A stretch of DNA of 32,000 nt from Mucisphaera calidilacus (GTDB lineage: Bacteria; Planctomycetota; Phycisphaerae; Phycisphaerales; Phycisphaeraceae). How positions within the stretch are numbered: position 1 is the first letter of the stretch; every line of letters starts with the position of its first letter. The notes beneath the pieces were generated by a model that was not told the DNA's origin, did not search any database, and was given only the letters and a program-made list of their open reading frames with translations. Made by a program: the position numbers and the translations under genes. The DNA lies in assembly GCF_007748075.1 (NCBI RefSeq), contig NZ_CP036280.1:1140001-1172000 (forward strand). The letters run 5' to 3'. Positions 15,103 through 23,224 of this stretch are shown here, piece after piece.

Positions 15103-15507
15103 ATGAACCCCGAATCAGACAAATTCTGGCAGGAGATTGCGAAGGGGCTGGCCCGACGCACCGGTCATGCGCCCCTGACGCCGGAAGAGGCGCAGAAGGA
15201 ATTCGAATCGCTATCCGATGAGAAACTTCCCGACGATCAGATCGAGGAGATCATCGACCGGGTGACCTCGGGCGAGTTCACCGATTGGACCCCGGCCACG
15301 CCGGAGTTCGATCTCCCAGAATTCGACTGCGAATCCATCGCAGACGATGTGCTGCAGCTCAACCGGAACGAAGGCGACGCAGACTCGGAGACCGACGAGC
15401 TACTCGATCAACTGCGCCGCGAGGCGCTTGAGGATGGGCACGACGATGGCCAAGAAGACGCGACTGGAATGGGCGGAGATCAAGAACCGCCAAGACAAGG
15501 CGATTGA
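15103..15507 (+). CDS. Hyperacidic small protein (134 aa)
   Basis: By my count 20 D + 20 E versus 4 K + 7 R. It starts 2 nt after the sigma gene stop codon, behind GGAAAGAGG. There is no zinc anti-sigma HxxxCxxC motif. Confidence 0.55.
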   Translation: MNPESDKFWQEIAKGLARRTGHAPLTPEEAQKEFESLSDEKLPDDQIEEIIDRVTSGEFTDWTPATPEFDLPEFDCESIADDVLQLNRNEGDADSETDELLDQLRREALEDGHDDGQEDATGMGGDQEPPRQGD

Positions 15508-16339
15508 GCAGGCGACTGATGTGTTAGCCGCACTGCACATCGACTCCGCGCCCATCGACCCATTGGCGGTTGTGGCCAGCGAGAAGCCGCTACTCACGGC
15601 CAAGGGGGCAGACTTTCGGGATCGCTTCGACGGCCAGTTGGAATACCACCGATCGAAGAACCGCTTCCTGCTGTTCTTCAACACCAAGTACGACCGCCAG
15701 CCAAACGGCGAGCACCATCCGCGCACGCGTTTCTCGATCGCGCATGAATTGGGCCACTACTTCCTCGACCGACACCGGGCGTACCTGCTGCGGACGGGCA
15801 AGTCGCACCCCTCCAGAGGTGAGTTCCTGAGCGACCGCACCATCGAGACGGAGGCCGATGCGTTTGCCGCCGGCCTGCTGATGCCATCGAAGTTGATTCG
15901 GCCGCTGGTGAATGGCGGCGAGATGTCGTTCGCCGATATTGAACGCTGGGCCAGCGACTTCAGGACATCGATCACGAGCACCGCCCGGCGTAGCGTCGAG
16001 CTGTCGGATTTCCCGTGTGCGCTGATCGGCGTTCGTGAGGGCCGGGTCGCCTTCAGTTTCTTCGCGCAGGCGATGATCGAAGGCGGATGCTATCCGCGCC
16101 CGCGTGGTAGCTCACTTCCCGCCGAGGCCCAGGCGAAGTGGCAGTCGTTCTCGGTCGGGTGTCTGCTTGACACCAAGGGACAAGCCCTCGGCCGGGACTG
16201 GTGCCAGACGTTCGACAGCTACCGAGCGGCACGTGCACCAGTCTACGAGCATTACTTCGGCGTCCCCGCGACGCAAACGCTGCTCATCCTGCTGACTGTT
16301 CCGGAAGACGAACTCTTCACGGATGACGAAGATGACTGA
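15446..16339 (+). CDS. ImmA/IrrE family metallo-endopeptidase
   Basis: HEXXH in FSIAHELGHYFLDRH, followed by EADAFAAGLLMP, which is typical of ImmA/IrrE (COG2856). Start set at ATG 15446 (MAKKTRL); the gene overlaps the end of the acidic ORF by 62 nt. Confidence 0.85.
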   Translation: MAKKTRLEWAEIKNRQDKAIEQATDVLAALHIDSAPIDPLAVVASEKPLLTAKGADFRDRFDGQLEYHRSKNRFLLFFNTKYDRQPNGEHHPRTRFSIAHELGHYFLDRHRAYLLRTGKSHPSRGEFLSDRTIETEADAFAAGLLMPSKLIRPLVNGGEMSFADIERWASDFRTSITSTARRSVELSDFPCALIGVREGRVAFSFFAQAMIEGGCYPRPRGSSLPAEAQAKWQSFSVGCLLDTKGQALGRDWCQTFDSYRAARAPVYEHYFGVPATQTLLILLTVPEDELFTDDEDD

Positions 16340-16354
16340 CGCCATGGGGCCGAC

Positions 16355-16383
16355 TTGTGAACATCCGCGAAAAACGGATAATA
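16355..16383 (+). promoter_or_regulatory. Candidate sigma70 promoter for the HTH-hsd operon
   Basis: TTGTGA (16355-16360), 17-nt spacer, ATAATA (16378-16383), in the 99-nt gap after the ImmA gene. Based on pattern match only. Confidence 0.3.
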
Positions 16384-16438
16384 ATCGATGCGTAAGCGGG
16401 GTTAGGCGATCAGATCACCCCGGGGCGTTGGAGTAGCC

Positions 16439-16633
16439 ATGGCGGCGAAACGCGATGAGATCATGACGATGGACGAACTGGCGGAGTATCTGAAGATCTC
16501 CAAGTCCACGCTCTACAAGCTGGCGGTGGAGAACAAGCTGCCAGGAACAAAGATCGGCAAACGCTGGCGATTCCACAAGGACGCCATTGACGATTGGATC
16601 AAGCGGCAACCTGAGAGAGGCGACGCCCAGTGA
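16439..16633 (+). CDS. Excisionase-family (HTH_17, MerR-superfamily) DNA-binding protein
   Basis: MTMDELAEYLKISKSTLYKLAVENKLPGTKIGKRWRFHKDAIDDWI is the classic HTH_17 signature. Its stop codon overlaps the hsdM GTG start (GTGA). Confidence 0.8.
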   Translation: MAAKRDEIMTMDELAEYLKISKSTLYKLAVENKLPGTKIGKRWRFHKDAIDDWIKRQPERGDAQ

Positions 16634-18642
16634 ACAACTTCGGAGAAAAAGTCAGCTTCATCTGGACGGTCGCGGACCTGCTGCGCGGACCCTATCGGCC
16701 CAACCAGTACAAGGACGTGATGCTCCCCTTGACCGTCCTGCGCCGCCTGGACTGCGTGCTTGAGCCGACCAAGGACGAAGTCCTCGACCGCATGAAGAAG
16801 CTCGAAGGCGGCAAGGTCAAGAACGTCGAGCCGATCCTCTGCCGCGTCACCGGCGTGCCGTTCTACAACACCAGCCGCTACACGTTCGAGAAGCTCAAGG
16901 GCGACCCGAACAACATCGCCGCCAACCTCACCAACTACATCAAGGGCTTCTCCACCCGCGCCCGCGAGATCATCGAACGCTTCGGATTCGAGGAACACAT
17001 CGCCCGGCTGGACAAGACTGATCGGCTCTACCTGGTGATCCAGCGCTTCTGCCAGATCGACCTTCACCCGGACCGCGTCTCGAACATCGAGATGGGCTAC
17101 ATCTTCGAGGAGCTGATCCGGCGGTTCAACGAGGCATCGAACGAGGAGGCTGGCGATCACTTCACGCCGCGCGAGGTCATCCGCCTCATGGTCAACCTGC
17201 TGTTCGACCCTGATGACACCGTGCTGACCACCAAGGGCATCGTCAAGACGCTCTACGACCCGGCCTGCGGCACCGGCGGCATGCTCTCGGTCGCTGAAGA
17301 CTACGTCCGCGAGCTCAACCCCGACGCCCAGCTTGAAGTCTTCGGCCAGGACTACAACGCCCAGGCCAACGCCATCTGCGGTTCGGACATGATGATCAAG
17401 GGCCAGAACATCGATCACATCGCCTTCGGCGACAGCTTCACCGACGACCGGTTCCCCCGACACAAGTTCGGCTACATGCTCGCCAATCCGCCGTTCGGCG
17501 TGGAGTGGAAGCCCGAGCAAGACGCCATCAAACGCGAGCATGAGAACCAGGGCTTCGGCGGGCGTTTCGGTGCGGGCCTGCCGCGTATCAACGATGGCTC
17601 GCTGCTGTTCCTTCAGCACATGATCAGCAAGATGAAGGACCCGGCCGACGGCGGCACGCGCCTGGGCATCGTCTTCAACGGCTCGCCGTTGTTTACTGGC
17701 GCGGCTGGCTCGGGCGAAAGCGAAATCCGCCGCTGGATCATCGAGAACGACTGGCTCGAAGCCATCGTCGCCTTACCCGACCAGCTTTTCTACAACACCG
17801 GCATCTACACCTACCTGTGGATCGTCACCAATCGCAAGGAGCCCGGCCGCCAGGGCAAGATTCAACTGGTCGACGGCACCAGCTTCTTCAAGAAGATGCG
17901 CAAGAGCCTCGGCAACAAGCGCAACAAGGTCTGCGACGACCAGCGCGACGACATCACCCGCCTCTACGGTCAACTGTCAGATGGCGACCACGTCCGCATC
18001 TTCGACAACACCGACTTCGGCTACCAGCGCATCACCGTCGAACGTCCGCTCCGGCTGAACTTCGCCGTGGATGATGAACGCCTCGCTCGTGTTCAGGAGG
18101 CCGGCCCATTCACCAAGCTCGCCACCAGCCGCAAACGCAAGGACACCAAGGCGGCCGAAGCCGAGATCGAAGCCGGCCGCCAGCAGCAGCAGGCCATCCT
18201 CGCCGCCCTCAACACGCTCGCCAGTGAGGGTGTCGTCCAGGACCGCGAAGCCTTCTCCAGTCAGCTAAAAGCCGCCTTCAGGAAGGCCGGTGTTAAAGTG
18301 CCGACGCCGCTGTTCAAGGCCATCCTCATGGCCCTGGCTGAACGCGACGAGACCGCCGAACTCTGCACCGACGCCAAGGGCAACCCGGAACCCGATCCCG
18401 AGCTGCGCGACTACGAGAACGTCCCGCTCAAGGAGAACATCGACGCCTACATGCAGCGGGAGGTCCTCCCGCACGTGCCCGATGCCTGGGTCGACGAATC
18501 CAAAACCAAAGTCGGCTACGAGATCAACTTCAACCGCTACTTCTACCAGTACGCCCCGCCCCGGCCGCTCGACGAGATCGAGACCGACCTCAAGTGCATC
18601 GAAGCCGAGATCGCCGGCATGCTCGCGGAGGTGACCGAATGA
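16630..18642 (+). CDS. hsdM: Type I restriction-modification system methyltransferase subunit M
   Basis: HsdM N-terminal FIWTVADLLRGPY. AdoMet motif YDPACGTGGML. Catalytic motif LANPPFG. 670 aa. Confidence 0.95.
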   Translation: MNNFGEKVSFIWTVADLLRGPYRPNQYKDVMLPLTVLRRLDCVLEPTKDEVLDRMKKLEGGKVKNVEPILCRVTGVPFYNTSRYTFEKLKGDPNNIAANLTNYIKGFSTRAREIIERFGFEEHIARLDKTDRLYLVIQRFCQIDLHPDRVSNIEMGYIFEELIRRFNEASNEEAGDHFTPREVIRLMVNLLFDPDDTVLTTKGIVKTLYDPACGTGGMLSVAEDYVRELNPDAQLEVFGQDYNAQANAICGSDMMIKGQNIDHIAFGDSFTDDRFPRHKFGYMLANPPFGVEWKPEQDAIKREHENQGFGGRFGAGLPRINDGSLLFLQHMISKMKDPADGGTRLGIVFNGSPLFTGAAGSGESEIRRWIIENDWLEAIVALPDQLFYNTGIYTYLWIVTNRKEPGRQGKIQLVDGTSFFKKMRKSLGNKRNKVCDDQRDDITRLYGQLSDGDHVRIFDNTDFGYQRITVERPLRLNFAVDDERLARVQEAGPFTKLATSRKRKDTKAAEAEIEAGRQQQQAILAALNTLASEGVVQDREAFSSQLKAAFRKAGVKVPTPLFKAILMALAERDETAELCTDAKGNPEPDPELRDYENVPLKENIDAYMQREVLPHVPDAWVDESKTKVGYEINFNRYFYQYAPPRPLDEIETDLKCIEAEIAGMLAEVTE

Positions 18643-19754
18643 GCGAAGACACCGGCCCCATCCGCCCCGAAGGTGAGATCGTCCTGTATCAGCCTGCACA
18701 GGGCAACGAGCCGGTCCGCGTGCTGCTCGAAGGCGAGACCGTCTGGCTCACTCAGCGCCTGATCGCCGAGCTCTACGGCGTGTCCGTGAAGACGGTAAAT
18801 GAGCACCTGAAAAACATTTACGAGGAAGGCGAGCTGGACGCGGAGGCAACTATCCGGAAATACCGGATAGTTCAGATCGAGGGCGATAGGCAGGTCTCTC
18901 GCCTCCTCGACCACTACAACCTCGACTGCATCCTCGCCGTCGGCTACCGCACCCGTTCTCCTGTGGGAACCGCCTTCCGCCAGTGGGCTACCGCCCGTTT
19001 GCGCGAGTACCTCGTCAAGGGGTTCACGCTCAACGACGAACGCCTCAAGGGCACCGACAGCGTCACCGACTACTTCGACGAACTGCTCGCCCGCATCCGC
19101 GACATTCGCGCCAGCGAAGCTCGCGTGTACCAGCGCATCCGCGAGATCTTCGCCCTGGCTGTCGACTACCGCGAAGGCGAGCAGGAGACCCAGAGGTTCT
19201 TCGCCACGATGCAGAACAAGATGCACTACGCGGCCACGGGCCACACCGCCGCCGAGATCATCCGCCGCCGCGCCGACAGTGCCTTGCCCAATATGGGCCT
19301 GACCGCCTGGAAAGGCGACCGCGTCATCAAGCGTGACGTGGGCACCGCCAAGAACTACCTCGACGCCCAGGAGATCGACACCCTCAACCGCATCACCGTC
19401 ATGTTCCTGGACCAGGCTGAGTTCCGCGCCGAGCGCCGCCAGGACATCCACATGCACGATTGGCAGGCCTTCCTCGACAAGTTCCTGCGCGACACCGAAT
19501 TGCCCGTCCTCACCGACGCCGGGTCGGTCAGTCACGACGACGCCCTCGACTGGGCGCACGAGCAATACGACGCCTTCGCAGATCGCCGACGACTTGATGC
19601 CGAAAAGCAGGCCGAGTCCCACTATGTCGAGGATCTGCGTACTTCGGCCAATGCGCTCGAACATGAGCGAAAGAAGAAGACCCCCAAGAAGAAGCAGTCC
19701 AAGGGCAAGAAGAAAGGCCGTAAACGTGGCCCGGGCAAAGGGGGCGAGTCATGA
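18639..19754 (+). CDS. rhuM: RhuM family protein (virulence-protein RhuM-like), nested in the hsd operon
   Basis: IVLYQ...VRVLLEGETVWLTQRLIAELYGVSVKTVNEHLKNIYEEGEL...TIRKYRIVQIEG.R.V.R.L.HYNLD.ILAVGYR matches the RhuM family. ATGA overlap with the hsdM stop codon. Lys-rich C-terminal tail. Confidence 0.85.
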   Translation: MSEDTGPIRPEGEIVLYQPAQGNEPVRVLLEGETVWLTQRLIAELYGVSVKTVNEHLKNIYEEGELDAEATIRKYRIVQIEGDRQVSRLLDHYNLDCILAVGYRTRSPVGTAFRQWATARLREYLVKGFTLNDERLKGTDSVTDYFDELLARIRDIRASEARVYQRIREIFALAVDYREGEQETQRFFATMQNKMHYAATGHTAAEIIRRRADSALPNMGLTAWKGDRVIKRDVGTAKNYLDAQEIDTLNRITVMFLDQAEFRAERRQDIHMHDWQAFLDKFLRDTELPVLTDAGSVSHDDALDWAHEQYDAFADRRRLDAEKQAESHYVEDLRTSANALEHERKKKTPKKKQSKGKKKGRKRGPGKGGES

Positions 19755-19813
19755 CTTGGCCCAACATCTATGCAGGCACACGAGCAATCTCCACGGCGAA
19801 TAGGCCGTCGGGG

Positions 19814-19912
19814 ATGAACTGCGCCGATGGCGTTCCCGAGGGCTGGTGCGTTCGCCGCCTCAAGCGGGTCGGAGTAGAGGTCGCCGACATTTTTCAGGAG
19901 GTGGCCAAATGA
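19814..19912 (+). pseudogene. Remnant of an hsdS 5' end (32 codons)
   Basis: The translation MNCADGVPEGWCVRRLKRVGVEVADIFQEVAK carries the HsdS N-terminal signature (PEGW.V.RL). It parallels VPEHWEVRRLKY in the intact hsdS at 20793. Its TGA overlaps the ATG of the membrane-protein gene (ATGA). Confidence 0.45.
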
Positions 19913-20454
19913 GCCGTGACTTCTACGAGCTCTGCTATGACCAGTACAAGCAGGAGATGGCCGAAGCTGACGGCCTGTATCAGAAGGCTGCCGTCATGCT
20001 CGGCGTGATCCCGCTCCTTGGAGCCGTGATGGTCGCCATCGGTCGGGTGGACATCGTCAACCTGTGCTCCGTGCGTGTAGACGTATTCATCTTCTACTTC
20101 GCCTTCCTCGTTGCCACCGCAGCCTTGGTTGTCAGCGTCGTCTTTCTGTTCAAGTGTGTGTGCCCTCAGAAGTACAAGACACTTGCCAGCATGGATATGT
20201 GGCAGAAATGGCGAGACGACTACCAGCGTTGGCTTGATGAGCAAGACGACGAGTGGAAGGAGACCACATCTTTGGACGACGCATTGTTCCCGTGTATATG
20301 CACGAGACTTGCCGAGGCCCAGGCGATCAATGCCAAGATCAATGAGAATCGCAGGAAGGCATTCAAGCGATCCGTACAACTGGCTGCAATAGCACTGGCT
20401 GCCATCGCCATGCAGGCCCTATTCGGGCTGCTGATGACACTACAGGGAGTCTAA
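19909..20454 (+). CDS. Membrane protein with three predicted TM helices (possible abortive-infection-type effector)
   Basis: AGGAGG RBS. Hydrophobic segments AAVMLGVIPLLGAVMVAIG, VFIFYFAFLVATAALVVSVVFLF and VQLAAIALAAIAMQALFGLLMTL. By eye, G+C looks lower than in the flanking DNA. Confidence 0.65.
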   Translation: MSRDFYELCYDQYKQEMAEADGLYQKAAVMLGVIPLLGAVMVAIGRVDIVNLCSVRVDVFIFYFAFLVATAALVVSVVFLFKCVCPQKYKTLASMDMWQKWRDDYQRWLDEQDDEWKETTSLDDALFPCICTRLAEAQAINAKINENRRKAFKRSVQLAAIALAAIAMQALFGLLMTLQGV

Positions 20455-20490
20455 AGCATCTCTAACGGAAAGAAGAAGTGCGTCCCCAAG

Positions 20491-20718
20491 CCTCCACCGC
20501 CGCCGCCAGACAATCAGGATCGAACCGCCGGCGATGACCCGCCCGTCATCAAAACCGGCAGTCAAGATAATCCCAGCAAAGGACAGAAGCATGGCTAAAG
20601 ACAGCGGTAATCAATCGAGTAGCGGACAGACCCAAGGGCCTCCACCGCCTCCACCTAACACAGAGTCAACAAGGGACGGTGGACAAGGTCAATCGCCTCC
20701 ACCCCCGCCGCCAGACAA
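20491..20718 (+). repeat. Three dispersed copies of a roughly 23-nt poly-proline-coding repeat
   Basis: CCTCCACCGCCGCCGCCAGACAA (20491-20513), CCTCCACCGCCTCCACCTAACA (20639-20660), CCTCCACCCCCGCCGCCAGACAA (20696-20718). Copy 1 is in frame 1; copies 2 and 3 are in frame 2. Confidence 0.6.
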
Positions 20719-20761
20719 CGTATCGGTAACCAGGGATGCCACTGGCGTTGAACATAGGTGA
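20591..20761 (+). CDS. Doubtful small proline-rich ORF (56 aa)
   Basis: MAKDSGNQSSSGQTQGPPPPPPNTES...SPPPPPPDNVS. Low-complexity sequence that may be debris of a longer frameshifted ORF. Confidence 0.25.
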   Translation: MAKDSGNQSSSGQTQGPPPPPPNTESTRDGGQGQSPPPPPPDNVSVTRDATGVEHR

Positions 20762-20792
20762 GCAACATGCTCTGAATTGGGATTCAAATGCC

Positions 20793-22136
20793 ATGGGCAA
20801 TGTGACCACTGTGCAAGCTGGCAAACGAGCGACCTACCCGGCGTATAAGCCGTCGGGTACGCCGTGGTTGGGCGACGTGCCTGAGCATTGGGAAGTGCGC
20901 CGCTTGAAGTACAGCGCCGACTTGATCAACCAGAAGGTTGATGGGGCCGAAGCGGATCTCCCGTACATGGGGCTGGAGCACATTGAATCGTGGACTGGCA
21001 AGCGCTTGGGACAGAATGGCGATGCATCGAGCGATGGCCAGGCGAACCTCTTTCGGCGCGGCGACGTGCTGTTCGGCAAGCTTCGACCGTACCTGGCCAA
21101 GGCTTACGCGGCCGACTCCGAGGGCATCTGCACCGGCGAGCTTCTCGTACTACGGCCTAAAGCCGTCGATCAGAAGTTCTTGCTGGACTACGTGCTCAAT
21201 CCAGACTTCGTCACTATCGTCGATTCATCGACGTACGGCGCGAAGATGCCTCGCGCGAACTGGGACTTCATCGGCAACCTACCCACGCTGATTCCCCCAC
21301 TCGACGAGCAGAAGGCCATCGCGGAGTTTCTGGATCGGGAGACGGCGCGGATCGATGCGTTGATCGAGAAGAAGCGGCGGCAGATCGCGTTGCTCCAGGA
21401 GAAACGCTCCGCCCTGATCAGCCACGCCGTCACCAAGGGCCTCGACCCCAACGCCCCCATGAAAGACTCCGGCATCGAGTGGCTGGGACAGATTCCGGCA
21501 CACTGGGCAGAGCGTCCGCTCAAACGAGTCGCGTTAATCGAGAATTCCGGTGCCTACGGTGAAGAGGAAGGCGAATTGGCCAACACCGTTAGGGTCTGCA
21601 CGACTGCTCATATCACGGCTCGTGGCGAGTTTCTGACTGAGGAGATGCCATTGCGGTCGTTCAGCCAGGCCGATTTGGACCGCTACCGAGGCCGTGTCGG
21701 CGACATTTTTGTGGTGAAAAGCAGTGGATCCAACACCAATATCATCAGCGGCAAACTCGCTCTGGTAAAGAATGAAGAGCCTACGGTCGTCTTCACAAAC
21801 TTTCTTATGCGGGTCAGGGCAGTACCAAGAAGCGCCGTGCCGGCGTTCCTGGCGTACCTGCTATCGTCTCACTTCACGCGTGAACGTATTCAGCGAATGG
21901 TCGCGACAACCACCTATCCCAACATTGATGTTGAAGAGTATGCGGGTGATCAACTGCCGCTTCCGCCGGTAGATGAGCAAGAGCGCATTGCAGCATTGCT
22001 TGATGTTGAGGTTGGGAAGATAGACTTAATACATCACCACATCGACAGGAGTATCGCTGCATTGCGCGAGTATCGAGCGTCTCTCATCTCGGCTGCCGTA
22101 ACAGGCAAGATCGACGTTCGGGGGGAGGTCGGATGA
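20793..22136 (+). CDS. hsdS: Type I R-M specificity subunit S
   Basis: Two TRD-like halves, each followed by a conserved helical region (LDEQKAIAEFLDRETARIDALIEKKRRQIALLQEKRSALISHAVTKG, then VDEQERIAALLD...SIAALREYRASLISAAVTGKIDVR). Start at ATG 20793 or 20736. Confidence 0.9.
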   Translation: MGNVTTVQAGKRATYPAYKPSGTPWLGDVPEHWEVRRLKYSADLINQKVDGAEADLPYMGLEHIESWTGKRLGQNGDASSDGQANLFRRGDVLFGKLRPYLAKAYAADSEGICTGELLVLRPKAVDQKFLLDYVLNPDFVTIVDSSTYGAKMPRANWDFIGNLPTLIPPLDEQKAIAEFLDRETARIDALIEKKRRQIALLQEKRSALISHAVTKGLDPNAPMKDSGIEWLGQIPAHWAERPLKRVALIENSGAYGEEEGELANTVRVCTTAHITARGEFLTEEMPLRSFSQADLDRYRGRVGDIFVVKSSGSNTNIISGKLALVKNEEPTVVFTNFLMRVRAVPRSAVPAFLAYLLSSHFTRERIQRMVATTTYPNIDVEEYAGDQLPLPPVDEQERIAALLDVEVGKIDLIHHHIDRSIAALREYRASLISAAVTGKIDVRGEVG

Positions 22137-22756
22137 GCGTTGCAGGCCGAGACATCTTCACCGTCGGACACTCCACACACGAGTGGGAGACGTTCCTCGG
22201 CCTGCTGAAGCAGCACGGCATCACTGCCATCGCTGACGTTCGGTCGCAGCCGTTCAGTCGCCTGCCGGAATACAACCGCGACGCGCTGGCGGCTGGCCTG
22301 AAGCGCGAGGGCATCCAGTATGTCCCGCTGGGCCGCGAACTCGGGGCCAGGCGCGACGAGCCGGAATGCTACGTCGATGGCCAGGCGGTGTATGAGCGGG
22401 TGGCGGAACTGCCGCTGTTCCACGAGGGGATCGAGCGGCTGCTCAAGGGCGCGGAGCGGTTCACCATCGCGCTGATGTGCGCGGAGAAGGAGCCGCTGGA
22501 TTGTCACCGCACGGTGCTGGTGTGCCGCCGCCTGCGGCCCCACGGCCTGCATATCCGCCACATCCTGGCTGACGGGACGCTGGAGGAGCACGCGGACGCC
22601 GAGAAGCGGTTGATGAAGATGATGGGCATTGCCCCTGACCTCTTCCAGCAGGACGTCAAGGAAGCGGACCTGATCGAACGAGCATACGAAGAACGCGGCA
22701 AGCAGATCGCTTACCGCATGGACACAGAAGGAGCCTCGAATGAACCAGCCGAGTAG
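22133..22756 (+). CDS. DUF488 family protein (paralog 1)
   Basis: IFTVGHSTHEWETFLGLLKQHGITAIADVRSQPFSR...ALMCAEKEPLDCHR matches the DUF488 (YeaO-like) consensus. ATGA overlap with the hsdS stop codon. Confidence 0.85.
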   Translation: MSVAGRDIFTVGHSTHEWETFLGLLKQHGITAIADVRSQPFSRLPEYNRDALAAGLKREGIQYVPLGRELGARRDEPECYVDGQAVYERVAELPLFHEGIERLLKGAERFTIALMCAEKEPLDCHRTVLVCRRLRPHGLHIRHILADGTLEEHADAEKRLMKMMGIAPDLFQQDVKEADLIERAYEERGKQIAYRMDTEGASNEPAE

Positions 22757-23213
22757 CAGCACGGACGCCAAGCCCATCACGATCTTCACGATCGGCTTCG
22801 CTCGCAAGTCGGCGAAGGAGTTCTTCGAGAAGCTCCAGAAGGCGGGCGTGAAGCGGCTGATCGACGTCCGCTTGAACAACGTCTCACAGTTGGCGGGATT
22901 CACGAAGAAGAAGGACCTGGAGTACTTCCTGCGTGTGATCGCGGACATCGACTACGTCCACTTCGATGACCTCGCCCCGACGAAGGACATCCTCGACAGC
23001 TTCAAGAAGCAGAAGGAGATGGACTGGGCCGACTACGAACGGCGGTTCAACGCGCTGATGGAGCAGCGCTCGCCGGAGACGCACCACCTGCCGAATGAAT
23101 TTGACCATGCGTGCCTGCTGTGCAGCGAGGCGACGCCGGAGAACTGCCATCGACGACTTGTTGCCGAGCACCTGCGCCGCAGATGGGGCAACGTGGAGAT
23201 CAAGCATCTATGA
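22740..23213 (+). CDS. DUF488 family protein (paralog 2, divergent)
   Basis: IFTIGFARKSAKEFFEKLQKAGVKRLIDVRLNNVSQ...CLLCSEATPENCHRRLVAEHL. Overlaps paralog 1 by 17 nt. Confidence 0.8.
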   Translation: MNQPSSSTDAKPITIFTIGFARKSAKEFFEKLQKAGVKRLIDVRLNNVSQLAGFTKKKDLEYFLRVIADIDYVHFDDLAPTKDILDSFKKQKEMDWADYERRFNALMEQRSPETHHLPNEFDHACLLCSEATPENCHRRLVAEHLRRRWGNVEIKHL

Positions 23214-23224
23214 CGGGGTGAACT

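Noticed and set aside
20491-20718. Proline-coding repeats, and the Gly-coding repeats at 5578-5638, as a CRISPR-like or minisatellite array
   Set aside because: There are only 2-3 copies with irregular spacing, no conserved repeat-spacer architecture, and no cas genes. They are coding or ex-coding low-complexity repeats.
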